This document shows positions 43,205-53,085 of a DNA stretch of 64,000 bases, piece after piece (the stretch's first letter is position 1; each line of letters begins with the position of its first letter). Location of the stretch: the NCBI GenBank assembly GCA_035493735.1, contig DATJHR010000119.1, forward strand, positions 3,589 through 67,588. The letters are read 5' to 3'. The DNA is from Acidocella sp. (GTDB lineage Bacteria; Pseudomonadota; Alphaproteobacteria; Acetobacterales; Acetobacteraceae). The notes under the pieces were generated by a model. The model saw nothing but the letters and a program-made list of their open reading frames with translations, had not been told where the DNA came from and searched no databases. Position numbers and translations under genes: made by a program.

Positions 43205-43446
43205 GAGACACATCTTCTCCAACAATGGCGACAATTCGTTTTGGCGCCTAGACTTTCCTGACGATATCCGCTCCCACGCGGAGCGAGCAGAGGGACGCGC
43301 CACATTCTTGTAATGTTTGTCGCACTGCGCGGATACCGTGCAGCCGATAGCGTAATGGTTACCAGAGGTTAACGATTAAAACAATACAAAAATGACGCGC
43401 GTTGGATTATTAAATAGACAATCCAAGCGCGTTTGCAATCACTAAT

Positions 43447-44997
43447 TTAGACGACCAGGGTCAACAACAACCCGGCCAGCACGGTCAAAACCGCCATGGA
43501 AGCAGGGATTCCCAAGCCCAGCCTGGCATAGACCGTCGCTGGTAACTTTCCCGGGAGCGGAGCGACCAACACGCCCTGGCTATCCAGCGGCAGGCGGGCG
43601 GTGACGCGTCCAAAGGCATCGATCATGGCCGATGTCCCTGAATTCGCGTCACGGGCGAGTGGCAGCCCTTCCTCGACGGCGCGCAGCCGCGCGTTGACGA
43701 AATGCTGGCGGGGGCCGGCGGAGTTGCCGAACCAGGCATCGTCGGTGACGGTGACCAGCCAGGACGGCCGGTCCTTCTCGTCGACAATCTCGCCGGTGAA
43801 AATATCCTCGTAGCAGATCAGCGGGCCGAAGGGCGGCAGACCGGGCACGTGCAGCGTCGTCGGGCCGGGACCGGGGGTAAAGCCGGTGCCGAGCACATCC
43901 GGGGTGATTTTTACCGGAATCCAGCGCGGCATGTATTCGCCGAAGGGCACCAGCTTCCATTTGTCATAGACCGCGACCGCCGGGCCCGGACCGTCGGTGA
44001 CGACCAGGGAGTTCCGGTAATCGGTGGGCCCGGCCGCGCGCAGCGAACCGGCGAGGATCGGCGTGTGTCCGGTGACCCCGGCGAGTTGCGCGCGGGCCAC
44101 CGGGTCGCTGTCCAGCAGCCAGGGGCTGGAGCCTTCCGGCCAAATCACGGTGTTGGCGCCGGCTTTCAGCCCGGCCTGACTCATGGCCAGCAGGCGCTGC
44201 CAACGGGAGATCAGCGCCGCGCGGGTATAGGAGCCCGGAACCGGGAAGTCCGGCTGCACCATGGCCACGGTGATGCCGGTGGGCCGCACCGGCGTCTGCA
44301 ACCGCCAGATGCCGAAGCCCGCCCAGACGAGCAGGGCGGCGACCAAAACCACCAGGCCGCGGCGCTTGAACAAGGGCAGGCCGGCGAGGAACACGGTGAG
44401 CAAGGTCAGCCCGTGCACGCCGAGAATGGCCGCGGGCTGGATGAAAATGTTGCCGAGCGTGCCGGGAATGGTCCAGTCGGTGCCCCACAGGTTCCAGGGA
44501 AAGCCGGTGAAGGCGAATTGGCGGATCAGGTCGGAGATCACCCAGGCGCCGGAAAAAACCAACAGGCGCGGCAGACCGGGTTTGGCGGCCCAGGCGGCGA
44601 AAGCCGGGATCAGGGTGTAGAACGCCACGGCGCTCGCGAGCAGGGGGGCGGCCAATGGCACCAGCCACCAGAACGTCGCGGCCTCGGTCAGGATCGGTTC
44701 GGTGATCCAGTATAGCCCGGCGAGATTCAGGCCGAAGCCGAACAGCCAGGCGATCCAGGCCAGCTGCTTTTTGCTCTCTGCCGCGCCGATCAGGCGCAGC
44801 AGGGCTGGCACGCTGAACAGCAGCACCGGCAGCAAATGGACAGGGGGCAAGGCCAGCGCCGAGGCCAAGCCCCAGAGGAAGGCCCGCAGCAGCGGGCGCG
44901 CCGACAGATAGGCGATGAGCGCGTGGCGCGGTGCGGGGCGCGGCGGGGCAGCGGAAATTTCCGGGGTGCGGTCCTGGGGCGGGAGCGAGTCAGCCAC
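43447..44997 (-). CDS. lnt: Apolipoprotein N-acyltransferase
   Basis: FTGFPWN, IWPE, YDK.KLVPFGEY, LICYE, DDAWFG, RAVEEG. Confidence 0.94.
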   Translation of the reverse strand: MADSLPPQDRTPEISAAPPRPAPRHALIAYLSARPLLRAFLWGLASALALPPVHLLPVLLFSVPALLRLIGAAESKKQLAWIAWLFGFGLNLAGLYWITEPILTEAATFWWLVPLAAPLLASAVAFYTLIPAFAAWAAKPGLPRLLVFSGAWVISDLIRQFAFTGFPWNLWGTDWTIPGTLGNIFIQPAAILGVHGLTLLTVFLAGLPLFKRRGLVVLVAALLVWAGFGIWRLQTPVRPTGITVAMVQPDFPVPGSYTRAALISRWQRLLAMSQAGLKAGANTVIWPEGSSPWLLDSDPVARAQLAGVTGHTPILAGSLRAAGPTDYRNSLVVTDGPGPAVAVYDKWKLVPFGEYMPRWIPVKITPDVLGTGFTPGPGPTTLHVPGLPPFGPLICYEDIFTGEIVDEKDRPSWLVTVTDDAWFGNSAGPRQHFVNARLRAVEEGLPLARDANSGTSAMIDAFGRVTARLPLDSQGVLVAPLPGKLPATVYARLGLGIPASMAVLTVLAGLLLTLVV

Positions 44998-45658
44998 GCG
45001 GTAGTCCGTATTTAGCCGCCACCTCCGCGAAATCGGCCGCGCGGTCATGGTCGGGGCAGGACTTCGTGCCGTCCTCGGGGCGGACCAGCTGGCAGGTGCG
45101 CAAGCCGGCCCCGCGCGCGGCGTCCAGCTCGGCGGCGACATCGGAGAGGAACAGCGTCTCGCCGGGTGCCAGGCCGGCGCCGCGGCAGATGGCGGCATAA
45201 CTCGCCGCATCGCGCTTGGGGCCCACGGCCGTGTCGAAAAAGCCGGAGAAAAGCGGCGTCAGATCGCCCGTATCGCTGTGCCCGAACAGCAGTTTTTGCG
45301 CGGGGACAGAGCCGGAAGAATAGACGAACAGCCGCAAGCCGCCCTGGGCCCAACGCTTCAGCGCCGGCGCGACGTCCGGGTAAATCACCGATTTGAGGGT
45401 GCCGGCGCGATAGCCTTCCTCCCAGATCATGCCCTGAATGGTCTTCAGCGCGGTGATCTTCTCGTCCCGGTCCATCCAGGCCAGCAGCGTGTCCAGCACC
45501 GGCTCGGGCACGTCGGCCAACGCTTTGTGGCCGCGATTCGCGGCGCAAAACGCCGCAAGCCGCGCCCGTGCATAAGGGAACAAGGTTTTATGCACGAAAT
45601 CGATCGGCGTGGTGGTGCCTTCGATGTCCGTGATGATGGCGGCGGGGGGCAGGCTCAC
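44990..45658 (-). CDS. mtnC: Enolase-phosphatase E1 (acireductone synthase)
   Basis: DIEGTTT, LFPYAR, VYSSGS..AQKLLF, LFLSD. Confidence 0.93.
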   Translation of the reverse strand: MSLPPAAIITDIEGTTTPIDFVHKTLFPYARARLAAFCAANRGHKALADVPEPVLDTLLAWMDRDEKITALKTIQGMIWEEGYRAGTLKSVIYPDVAPALKRWAQGGLRLFVYSSGSVPAQKLLFGHSDTGDLTPLFSGFFDTAVGPKRDAASYAAICRGAGLAPGETLFLSDVAAELDAARGAGLRTCQLVRPEDGTKSCPDHDRAADFAEVAAKYGLPRG

Positions 45659-46194
45659 GCGACGGGGAAGCGGTCGGCGATCCGGTCACCGGTGAAATGG
45701 GCGACCCAACCGGACGGGTCAGTGAAAACCCGCAGAGCGGTGAAGAACGGCCTCTCGCCGGCATCGAACCAGTGCTTGGTGTTGGCCGGCACCGAGATCA
45801 GGTCGCCCGCCTCGCAATAGGCGTCATACACCTTGCCGTCGACATGCATGATGAAATGCCCGCCGCCATGCACAAAGAAGCGGATCTCATCCTCGGTATG
45901 GATGTGCTCGGAGAGAAATTTCTGGCGCAAGGCCGCAGCGTTGGGGTTGTCCGGCGTCAGCTTCAGCACGTCGGCCGAGCCGGCGCCCTTGGCGCCCATC
46001 AGCGCGTCGAGATAGGGGCGATAGGCCTCGAGAATGACTTCGGCGTCATCATCGGGGCTCAAGCTCACCGGGCTTTCCCAGCGGTCAAACTGCACGCCGA
46101 TCCGGCCAAGCTCGCTCGCCATCCGGCCGGCGTCTTCGGTCAGGATCACCGGGCTGTCCGGGTTATGGTCTTCGAAAACTGTCAGACGGCTCAT
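45655..46194 (-). CDS. mtnD: Acireductone dioxygenase
   Basis: KFL.EHIH.EDEIRFF, GDLISVPA.TKHWFD. Confidence 0.93.
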   Translation of the reverse strand: MSRLTVFEDHNPDSPVILTEDAGRMASELGRIGVQFDRWESPVSLSPDDDAEVILEAYRPYLDALMGAKGAGSADVLKLTPDNPNAAALRQKFLSEHIHTEDEIRFFVHGGGHFIMHVDGKVYDAYCEAGDLISVPANTKHWFDAGERPFFTALRVFTDPSGWVAHFTGDRIADRFPVA

Positions 46195-46784
46195 TTGGTG
46201 CGTCTCCGTTCGAGCTCGCAGCTTAGCAGAAATTCCAGCGCCTCGAGCCGCCAATAAGCATGCTCGACGCTGGTGCCCCAGGCATATACACCGTGCCCCG
46301 CGATAACGTAACCGATCGGCGGCTCGCGCACGAGCAGCGGTTCGATGAAGCTCGCGAGACGGGCGATGTCCTGGTCGTTCTCATAGACCGGCAGCGTCAC
46401 ATCCAGCTCATGCGTGGCAAAGCCGAAGGCTTTCAGAATCTCGTAATTGGAGAAAGTGATCGGCCCCTGCATCGAGAGCACGGTGGCGGCGACGGAATGG
46501 CCGTGCAGCACCGCGCCGACCGGCGGAAACAGCCGGTAGAGCTGGCAATGCAACAGCGTTTCCGCGCTCGGCTTCAGCCCCGGGCTTAAAGCCTTGCCGT
46601 CAAAATCCACCGCCATGATGTCGGCTTCGGTGAGCCGGCCCTTATGAACACCGCTACGGGTGATGGCGATGGCGGAGTCGTCGATCCGTGCCGACAAATT
46701 GCCGGCGGAACCCGGAACCCAGCCGCGCCCATCCATGCGCTGGCCGATTTCAACCAGCGCGGCGGCATGCCCCGCGGGAACCAT
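46191..46784 (-). CDS. mtnB: Methylthioribulose-1-phosphate dehydratase
   Basis: GN.SAR, SG.HKG, KPSAET.LH, LHGHS, HG.YAWG; class II aldolase next to mtnD and mtnC. Confidence 0.9.
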   Translation of the reverse strand: MVPAGHAAALVEIGQRMDGRGWVPGSAGNLSARIDDSAIAITRSGVHKGRLTEADIMAVDFDGKALSPGLKPSAETLLHCQLYRLFPPVGAVLHGHSVAATVLSMQGPITFSNYEILKAFGFATHELDVTLPVYENDQDIARLASFIEPLLVREPPIGYVIAGHGVYAWGTSVEHAYWRLEALEFLLSCELERRRTK

Positions 46785-46786
46785 GA

Positions 46787-47023
46787 TCAGCCCTGATTGA
46801 CGGTCGTCTTCTGAGACTCGGGCACAGCTGTACCGGGCGCGCTCAGCTCGCTCATCGCCGCGTCCTTGGTCTTCTTCTCATCGTCCTCGGAGGCGACGTT
46901 CTGCTTGAACACTTTGATGCCCTTGCCGAACTCGCCCATCAGGTTGCTGACCTTGCCGGTGCCGAACAGCAGCATCACCACCACCAAGACGATCAGCCAA
47001 TGCCAGATGCTCAAACCACCCAT
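46787..47023 (-). CDS. tatA: Twin-arginine translocase TatA/E
   Basis: [12 protein letters not shown]...LLFG..K...LMG.FGKGIK.FK. Confidence 0.93.
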   Translation of the reverse strand: MGGLSIWHWLIVLVVVMLLFGTGKVSNLMGEFGKGIKVFKQNVASEDDEKKTKDAAMSELSAPGTAVPESQKTTVNQG

Positions 47024-47098
47024 CGTAAAAACTCCACGCGACTATCAGCCGTCAGTCTACCTCGATCACCAAGGGATGGCAAAAATTCGTACCCCTGG

Positions 47099-48052
47099 TC
47101 ATTGCAACAGCGCGACCGCCAGCATCGAGCCGCCATTATAGAGGATATGGAGCAGGATTCCGGGCCGAATCGAGCGGAATTTGAGCCGGAGCACAACCGC
47201 CGCCAGCGCCACCAGACCGACATCGACAAAGCCGGGCGGGTAATAAATTTTTTGCGGCGCGTGCACCACGACGAAGAGGGCTACGGAGACGATTGCCGCC
47301 CAGACGGTGCCGAACCGTGCCGCTAGGCCGGCAAAGGCGATCCCGCGAAAAATGATTTCTTCCAGCGCCGGGGCCAGGAAGGTGGCGATGAGGATGGGCA
47401 GCAGCAGCGCCGGGCCGCTCACGGAGAACAGCTTCGCCATCGGGAGGTTCTGCAGTTTTGTCATGTCAGGCGGCACCAGATGGTACATCACGATCACCTG
47501 GGCGATGATCGCCAGCGCGAACAGGGCCGCCACCGCATAAGCGCGCCCCGGTGCGGCGCGCCAGGCGATGCCGGTGGCGCCGCCATCCGCGCGCTGCGCC
47601 GGGCTGAACCGAAGGAGGTAATGCACCGTGAACAGCGCCACGGCGGCTTCCACCGCGAGAAAATTTGTCAGCAGATAGCCGCTTCCGTGAAAATCGATCA
47701 GATGGCGCGCATGGTGCACGATCAGCACCGCCTGCGCGGCGCCGAGCACGATGTTGATCAGCAGCGAGGCCGCCAGCATGGTCGCGGCGTAACCCAGAAC
47801 CGCCCAGACGCCTTGCGCCAGGCCGAGCTTTGGCGCCGCCCCAGGCGGGCGCCTGGCGCCGGGCAGCAGGGCGAAGCAGACGCCGAAGAGAAACAGGTCC
47901 GCCCCTGCGGCCGCGCCGCCGCCGAGCAAGCGCAAAGCGAGGGCGGGGGGCGGCATGCGGTGGATGAGCGCGGCACCGAAGGCAATTCCGGCCAGCGCGC
48001 CGAGCAGCAGCAGGAGCAGGAGCCAGGCGACGCTGGCGGCAAGCCGTTTCAT
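47099..48052 (-). CDS. CPBP (CAAX/Abi) family intramembrane glutamic endopeptidase
   Basis: EEIIFRG, F..VH, H..YN motifs; multiple TM segments. Confidence 0.88.
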   Translation of the reverse strand: MKRLAASVAWLLLLLLLGALAGIAFGAALIHRMPPPALALRLLGGGAAAGADLFLFGVCFALLPGARRPPGAAPKLGLAQGVWAVLGYAATMLAASLLINIVLGAAQAVLIVHHARHLIDFHGSGYLLTNFLAVEAAVALFTVHYLLRFSPAQRADGGATGIAWRAAPGRAYAVAALFALAIIAQVIVMYHLVPPDMTKLQNLPMAKLFSVSGPALLLPILIATFLAPALEEIIFRGIAFAGLAARFGTVWAAIVSVALFVVVHAPQKIYYPPGFVDVGLVALAAVVLRLKFRSIRPGILLHILYNGGSMLAVALLQ

Positions 48053-48873
48053 CGCTTCAGTCCTTCTTCGAACCCGCGAAGAATGTCTTGCGGGTCCGCG
48101 CCCGCGGCGCGCAGCGCCCGCAAGGTCGCCGCCTGGTCGCGCTTGGCCAGGCGCTTGCCGGCCGCATCGGTCAGCAGGCGATGATGCGCATAGGCCGGCG
48201 TGGGCAGATCCAGCAAAGCCTGCAGCAGCACATGAAGATGCGTGACCGCGCGCAGATCCTCGCCGCGAATGACATGGGTGACCCCCTGCAGCGCGTCGTC
48301 ATGTACCACGCACAGATGATAGCTGGTTGGCACATCGCGCCGCGCCAGAATAACGTCGCCGAAGGCTTCCGGGACGGCGGTGGTCCAGCCGTGAGCTTCG
48401 TCGAAAAATCTCCGCGCCGGGCCGGCTTGCCGCAGCGCTTCTGCCATGTCGAGCCGCAGCGCATAGGGTGCGCCGGCGGCGATTTTCGCGGCGCGCTCAG
48501 CGGCGGGCAGATGGCGGCAGGTGCCGGGATAGACCGGATCGGCGCCATGAGGTGCGGCCTGGGCGCGGAGGATCTCGGCGCGCGAACAGAAGCAGGGATA
48601 AAGCAGGCCGCGTTGTTCGAGTCGCCCAAGTGCTGCGCCATATTCCGCAAAATGTTCCGATTGCGCGCGCACCTCCGGCTCCCAGTCGAGACCGAGCCAG
48701 GCGAGATCCTCCAGAATCCCGGCGCAAAATTCCGGGCGGCAGCGGCTTGTGTCGATATCTTCGAGTCGGAGCCAGAAACGGTCCGCGCGTGCCCAGGCGG
48801 TCCAGGCGGAAAAAGCATGTCCGAGATGCAAAAATCCCGTCGGGCTGGGCGCAAAGCGCGAGGTGATGCTCAT
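48049..48873 (-). CDS. gluQRS: Glutamyl-Q tRNA(Asp) synthetase
   Basis: RFAPSPTG.LHLGH, YPCFCSR, YPGTC, RLAKRD; no anticodon-binding domain. Confidence 0.88.
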   Translation of the reverse strand: MSITSRFAPSPTGFLHLGHAFSAWTAWARADRFWLRLEDIDTSRCRPEFCAGILEDLAWLGLDWEPEVRAQSEHFAEYGAALGRLEQRGLLYPCFCSRAEILRAQAAPHGADPVYPGTCRHLPAAERAAKIAAGAPYALRLDMAEALRQAGPARRFFDEAHGWTTAVPEAFGDVILARRDVPTSYHLCVVHDDALQGVTHVIRGEDLRAVTHLHVLLQALLDLPTPAYAHHRLLTDAAGKRLAKRDQAATLRALRAAGADPQDILRGFEEGLKR

Positions 48874-49113
48874 GTTCGTCAGCAGATATAACCACGGCCG
48901 GCAAAATGAAGATATTGACGGACCATTTTCAGGCCGCTCACCGCCGGAGCTAAACCAATCGTCATATGACAACTGCTTGACAGAGGGCGGTTTACCTTGC
49001 GGTACGCCGAAGGTTTTGCCATAACGTCACCATGACTCGCATTGACCACCAAATATGGCTGGGATTGGCGACCAAACCCCAGCATTTAGTCCCTTTTTGG
49101 GATAGGTTCAGTA

Positions 49114-49674
49114 ATGCCTGACGGCGGGATGCATTTTCCCGCCCTTGTTTTGAATGCGGACTTCCGTCCGCTGTCCTATTTTCCGTTGTCGACTTGGACC
49201 TGGCAGGATGCCGTGAAAGCGGTGTTCCTTGACCGGGTTTCAGTGCTTTCGGAATATGACCGTGAAGTCCGCTCGCCGAACTTCTCCATGCGCCTGCCCA
49301 GCGTCATCGCCTTGCGGGACTTCATCCCCTCGGCGCGGATGCCGGCTTTCACCCGCTTCAATGTGTTCCTCCGCGATGGCTTTACGTGCCAGTATTGCGA
49401 TGATCGCCGCGCCGCGCAGGAGCTGACCTTTGACCATGTGATCCCACGCGCCCGGGGCGGACGCACCAGTTGGGAGAATGTTGTCACTGCTTGCGGCCCG
49501 TGTAATCTGCGCAAGGGCAGCAAGCTGCCGCGGGAATGCGATATGATCCCACGGCAGGAGCCCAGGCGGCCCACCAGCTGGGAACTGCAGGATAGGGGGC
49601 GGGGTTTTCCACCGAACTATCTGCATGAAAGCTGGCGGGACTTTCTCTACTGGGATACGGAACTGGAGAATTAG
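49114..49674 (+). CDS. HNH endonuclease (McrA-like, conserved alphaproteobacterial type)
   Basis: LVLNADFRPLSY.PLS, CQYC, TFDHVIPR..GG...WENVVTAC..CN. Confidence 0.92.
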   Translation: MPDGGMHFPALVLNADFRPLSYFPLSTWTWQDAVKAVFLDRVSVLSEYDREVRSPNFSMRLPSVIALRDFIPSARMPAFTRFNVFLRDGFTCQYCDDRRAAQELTFDHVIPRARGGRTSWENVVTACGPCNLRKGSKLPRECDMIPRQEPRRPTSWELQDRGRGFPPNYLHESWRDFLYWDTELEN

Positions 49675-49676
49675 AA

Positions 49677-50099
49677 TTGTTGGATTTGGAGACGGCTAAG
49701 AAGATTTTGGACACGGCTCTGGCCCATGCGGTCGCGCATAAATTCAAGCCGATGGCGATTGTCGTGCTCGATGCGCGTGGCGCCATGAAGGCTTTTGTCG
49801 CGCAGGACGGCACCAGCCTGAAGCGTGCGGAAATTGCGATCGGCAAGGCGCATGGCGCGCTGGCCATGGGCATGGGCACGCGGGCGCTGATGCAGCGGGC
49901 CGAGACGCAGCCTTATTTCATCGCCGCGGCGACCGCGGCGGTTGGCGGCGCGCTGATCCCGGTGCCGGGCGGCGTGCTGATCAAAAAGGGCGGCGCGGTG
50001 GTCGGTGCGATCGGCCTGTCCGGCGACACGTCCGACAATGATGAGGCCGCGGCCTTTGCGGCCATTTCGGCGGCCGGGCTCGAGGCCGACGGCGGCTAA
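49677..50099 (+). CDS. GlcG/HbpS family heme-binding protein
   Basis: A.GKA, PGGVLI...VVGAIGLSG..SD.DE. Confidence 0.88.
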   Translation: MLDLETAKKILDTALAHAVAHKFKPMAIVVLDARGAMKAFVAQDGTSLKRAEIAIGKAHGALAMGMGTRALMQRAETQPYFIAAATAAVGGALIPVPGGVLIKKGGAVVGAIGLSGDTSDNDEAAAFAAISAAGLEADGG

Positions 50100-50260
50100 G
50101 CAGTAAGACAAGAAAGGGCTTCTTTTTTGAAAAAAAGAAGCAAAAAACTTCTTTCAAAAAACTTCTTTAAACTTGGGCCGTGCTGGTTTCGCGGCCACCG
50201 GCCCAGTTTCGAAAAAGTTTTTGCGCCGCTTTTTTCAAAAAGCGGCTTCTTTCTTACTTA
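50097..50260 (-). repeat. Palindromic element, copy 8 (centre type A, with internal 14-bp tandem duplication)
   Basis: Lies between two TAA stops; CAAAAAACTTCTTT occurs twice at 50141-50168. Confidence 0.95.
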
Positions 50261-51754
50261 AAATCCCAAATCCAGCTGCGCGCTTTTCGCCGCTGCCCGT
50301 ACCGCCACCTCGCCATCGGCGAACCTGATGTTTAACGCGGCGTTAGGGGCGACCTCGGCCGCTTTCTGCACCGGCGCGCCCTTTGCATTCGTCACCAGGG
50401 CGAAGCCGCGCGCCAGCACGGATTCATAGGATACCGAGTCCAGCCGGACCGACAAATGTTCCAGCCGCAGCCGGGCTTCCCGCAACTGGCCAGGCAGGGG
50501 CGCGTCCAGCCTTTGCGCCAGCAGGGCCAGGCGGTTGCGTCGTGAGGAAATTTCCGTGCCGGGAGCGGTAAGGCGGTATCCCGCATTGTCCAGCCGCTTA
50601 CCGTAATTGCGCAACAGATTGGGCAAAGCGTGCGCCAGCCGATGTTCGAGCAGCGCGACGGTGTTGCGGTGCTGGCCGAGAATTTCGCGCGGGTGGCGCA
50701 ACCGGTTGGCGAGCCAGTCCATGCGGCGGTGCTGGGTGGCGACGTAATTGGGCAGCGCCAGGGTCAGGCGTTCGGCACGGTCGTCCAACCGCTGTCGGGC
50801 GACGCTCAACATGGCAGGCAGATCCGGCAGCCGCGCACCGGCCTGGTTGAGCTGCAGGCGCGCGGTGTTGGCGGTGCGCGAGAGCGCGCCGGTGAGGCGC
50901 GCGGTTTTCTGCGCCAGATCGGCAAGCAGTTCGAGCCGGGCGGGAATCGCCATTTCCGCCGCCGCGGTCGGGGTGGGGGCGCGGCGGTCCGAGACGAAGT
51001 CGATCAGCGTCGTGTCGGTCTCATGCCCGACCGCGGAAATCAGTGGGATGGTGCAGGCGGCGGCGGCGCGCACCACGATCTCGTCGTTGAAGGCCATCAG
51101 GTCTTCCAGGCTGCCGCCGCCGCGCGCGACGATCAGCACGTCCGGCCGGGGGATCGGCCCGGCCGGCGGCAAGGCGGAGAAGCCGTCGATGGCGGCGGCG
51201 ATTTTCTCCGCTGCCCCGTCGCCCTGCACGGCCACCGGCCAGAGCAGGATGGGCGTGGGGAAGCGCCGGGCGATGGTGGTCTTGATGTCCTGCAGAACCG
51301 CGCCCTGGGCGGAAGTAACCACGCCGATGAGGCGCGGCAGCATCGGCAGGGGCCGCCGCCGCTCCGGCGCGAACAGCCCTTCCGCCGCCAGCTTCGCCTT
51401 CAGCGCCTCGATGCGCGCCAGTAGCGCGCCAGCCCCGGCATATTCCAGCCGCTCGACGATCAGCTGATATTCCGAGCGCTCGGGATAAGAGGTAATGCGG
51501 CCGGTGGCGATCACCTCCACGCCGTTTTCCGCCTTCAGCCCGACTCGGGGGGCGACGGTTTTCCAGATGATGGCGCGGACTTTCGCGCTTTCGTCCTTGA
51601 GGCAGAAATATTGGTGGCCGGACCCATAGGCCTTGAATTCGGTGATCTCGCCGCGCACACGCACGCGGCCGAACGCGCCTTCCAGGGTCTTTTTGACGGC
51701 GCCCGCCAGTTCGGAGACGGAAAATTCGGGAATGTTGGGCAGCAGGTCGCTCAT
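50258..51754 (-). CDS. xseA: Exodeoxyribonuclease VII large subunit
   Basis: OB fold, IVARGGGSLEDL..FN, SAVGHETD, APTPTAAAE. Confidence 0.96.
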   Translation of the reverse strand: MSDLLPNIPEFSVSELAGAVKKTLEGAFGRVRVRGEITEFKAYGSGHQYFCLKDESAKVRAIIWKTVAPRVGLKAENGVEVIATGRITSYPERSEYQLIVERLEYAGAGALLARIEALKAKLAAEGLFAPERRRPLPMLPRLIGVVTSAQGAVLQDIKTTIARRFPTPILLWPVAVQGDGAAEKIAAAIDGFSALPPAGPIPRPDVLIVARGGGSLEDLMAFNDEIVVRAAAACTIPLISAVGHETDTTLIDFVSDRRAPTPTAAAEMAIPARLELLADLAQKTARLTGALSRTANTARLQLNQAGARLPDLPAMLSVARQRLDDRAERLTLALPNYVATQHRRMDWLANRLRHPREILGQHRNTVALLEHRLAHALPNLLRNYGKRLDNAGYRLTAPGTEISSRRNRLALLAQRLDAPLPGQLREARLRLEHLSVRLDSVSYESVLARGFALVTNAKGAPVQKAAEVAPNAALNIRFADGEVAVRAAAKSAQLDLGF

Positions 51755-51804
51755 GCCCAGACTCTATGATACAGCGCGGCGAAGTGACAAAGGGGTTTTG
51801 AGAC

Positions 51805-53085
51805 ATGCGGGTGTTGATTGTCGGGTCCGGCGGACGGGAACATGCTCTGGCCTGGGCGATTTCAGCGAGCCCGTTGCTGACGGAATTATTTGTCGCCCCG
51901 GGCAATCCGGGCACCGCTTCCGTCGCCACGAACGTGCCGCTGCGCACCAACGATATTGATGGCTTGGTGAAGTTCGCGGTGGCGCAAAAGATCGATCTGG
52001 TGGTGCCGGGGCCGGAGGCGCCGCTGGTGGCGGGGCTCGCCGATGCGTTGGCGGCGGAAAAAATCGCTTGCTGCGGGCCGAGCGCCGCCGCCGCCCAGCT
52101 TGAAGGCAGCAAGCGCTTCACCAAGGAAATCGCCGATGCCGCGCGCATCCCCACCGCGGCCTGGAAGGCCTTCACGGAGGCGGATGCCGCGCACGATTAT
52201 GTCGAGGCGATGGGCGCGCCGATCGTGATCAAGGCCGACGGTCTGGCGGCGGGCAAGGGGGTGGTCGTCGCCACCACGCTGGACGAGGCGCATGAGGCGG
52301 TCACCGCCATTATGGAAGACCGGGTGCATGGCGCCGCCGGCACGGAAATCGTCATCGAGCAATGCCTGGTGGGTGAAGAGATTTCCGTCTTTGCGCTGTG
52401 TGACGGGGAGGATGCGCTCTATCTCGGCTGCGCGGCCGACCATAAGCGCGTCGGCGACGGCGATACCGGGCCGAACACCGGCGGCATGGGCGCGATTTCG
52501 CCGCCGCCCTGGGCCAGCCAGCCGGTCATCGACACGACCATGGCGCGCATCATCCGTCCGGCGCTCGCCGAGATGGCCCGGCGCGGCACGCCGTTCCGGG
52601 GCTTTCTGTTCGCCGGCCTCATGGTCGAAGCGGACGGGCCGAAGCTCATCGAGTTCAATGTGCGCTTCGGTGACCCGGAATGCGAGACGCTGCTCCCGCT
52701 GCTGCGCTCCGACATTCTGCCGGCGCTGGTGGCCGCCACCGAAGGCGAGCTGAAGCATGTGGACCTGCGCTGGCGCGACGCGGCCTCCGCCACGGTGGTG
52801 ATGTGCTCCAAGGGCTATCCTGGCGCTTACGCCACCGGCGGCGAAATATTCGGGCTCGAAGAGGCGGGCGCGCTGCCGGAAGTGACCATCTTCCATGCCG
52901 GGACGATGGCGGACCAGGGCGGCATCCTGGCCAATGGCGGGCGCGTTCTGGCGGTGAACGCCACCGGCGCGGATCTGCAGCAGGCGGTGGCGCGGGCCTA
53001 TGAAGCGATCGACACGATCGAATGGGAGGACGGATTCTGCCGCCGCGATATCGGCCGCCGGGCGATTTTTGCGGCGAAGGGGTAA
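51805..53085 (+). CDS. purD: Phosphoribosylamine-glycine ligase
   Basis: GSGGREHAL, KADGLAAGKGV, GPNTGGMGA, EFNVRFGDPE. Confidence 0.97.
   Translation: MRVLIVGSGGREHALAWAISASPLLTELFVAPGNPGTASVATNVPLRTNDIDGLVKFAVAQKIDLVVPGPEAPLVAGLADALAAEKIACCGPSAAAAQLEGSKRFTKEIADAARIPTAAWKAFTEADAAHDYVEAMGAPIVIKADGLAAGKGVVVATTLDEAHEAVTAIMEDRVHGAAGTEIVIEQCLVGEEISVFALCDGEDALYLGCAADHKRVGDGDTGPNTGGMGAISPPPWASQPVIDTTMARIIRPALAEMARRGTPFRGFLFAGLMVEADGPKLIEFNVRFGDPECETLLPLLRSDILPALVAATEGELKHVDLRWRDAASATVVMCSKGYPGAYATGGEIFGLEEAGALPEVTIFHAGTMADQGGILANGGRVLAVNATGADLQQAVARAYEAIDTIEWEDGFCRRDIGRRAIFAAKG

Noticed and set aside
49114-49674. HNH protein as the element's mobiliser or an IscB/Cas9-like nuclease
   Set aside because: It is 186 aa with no RuvC or bridge-helix region, belongs to a widespread stand-alone family, and is not flanked by element arms.
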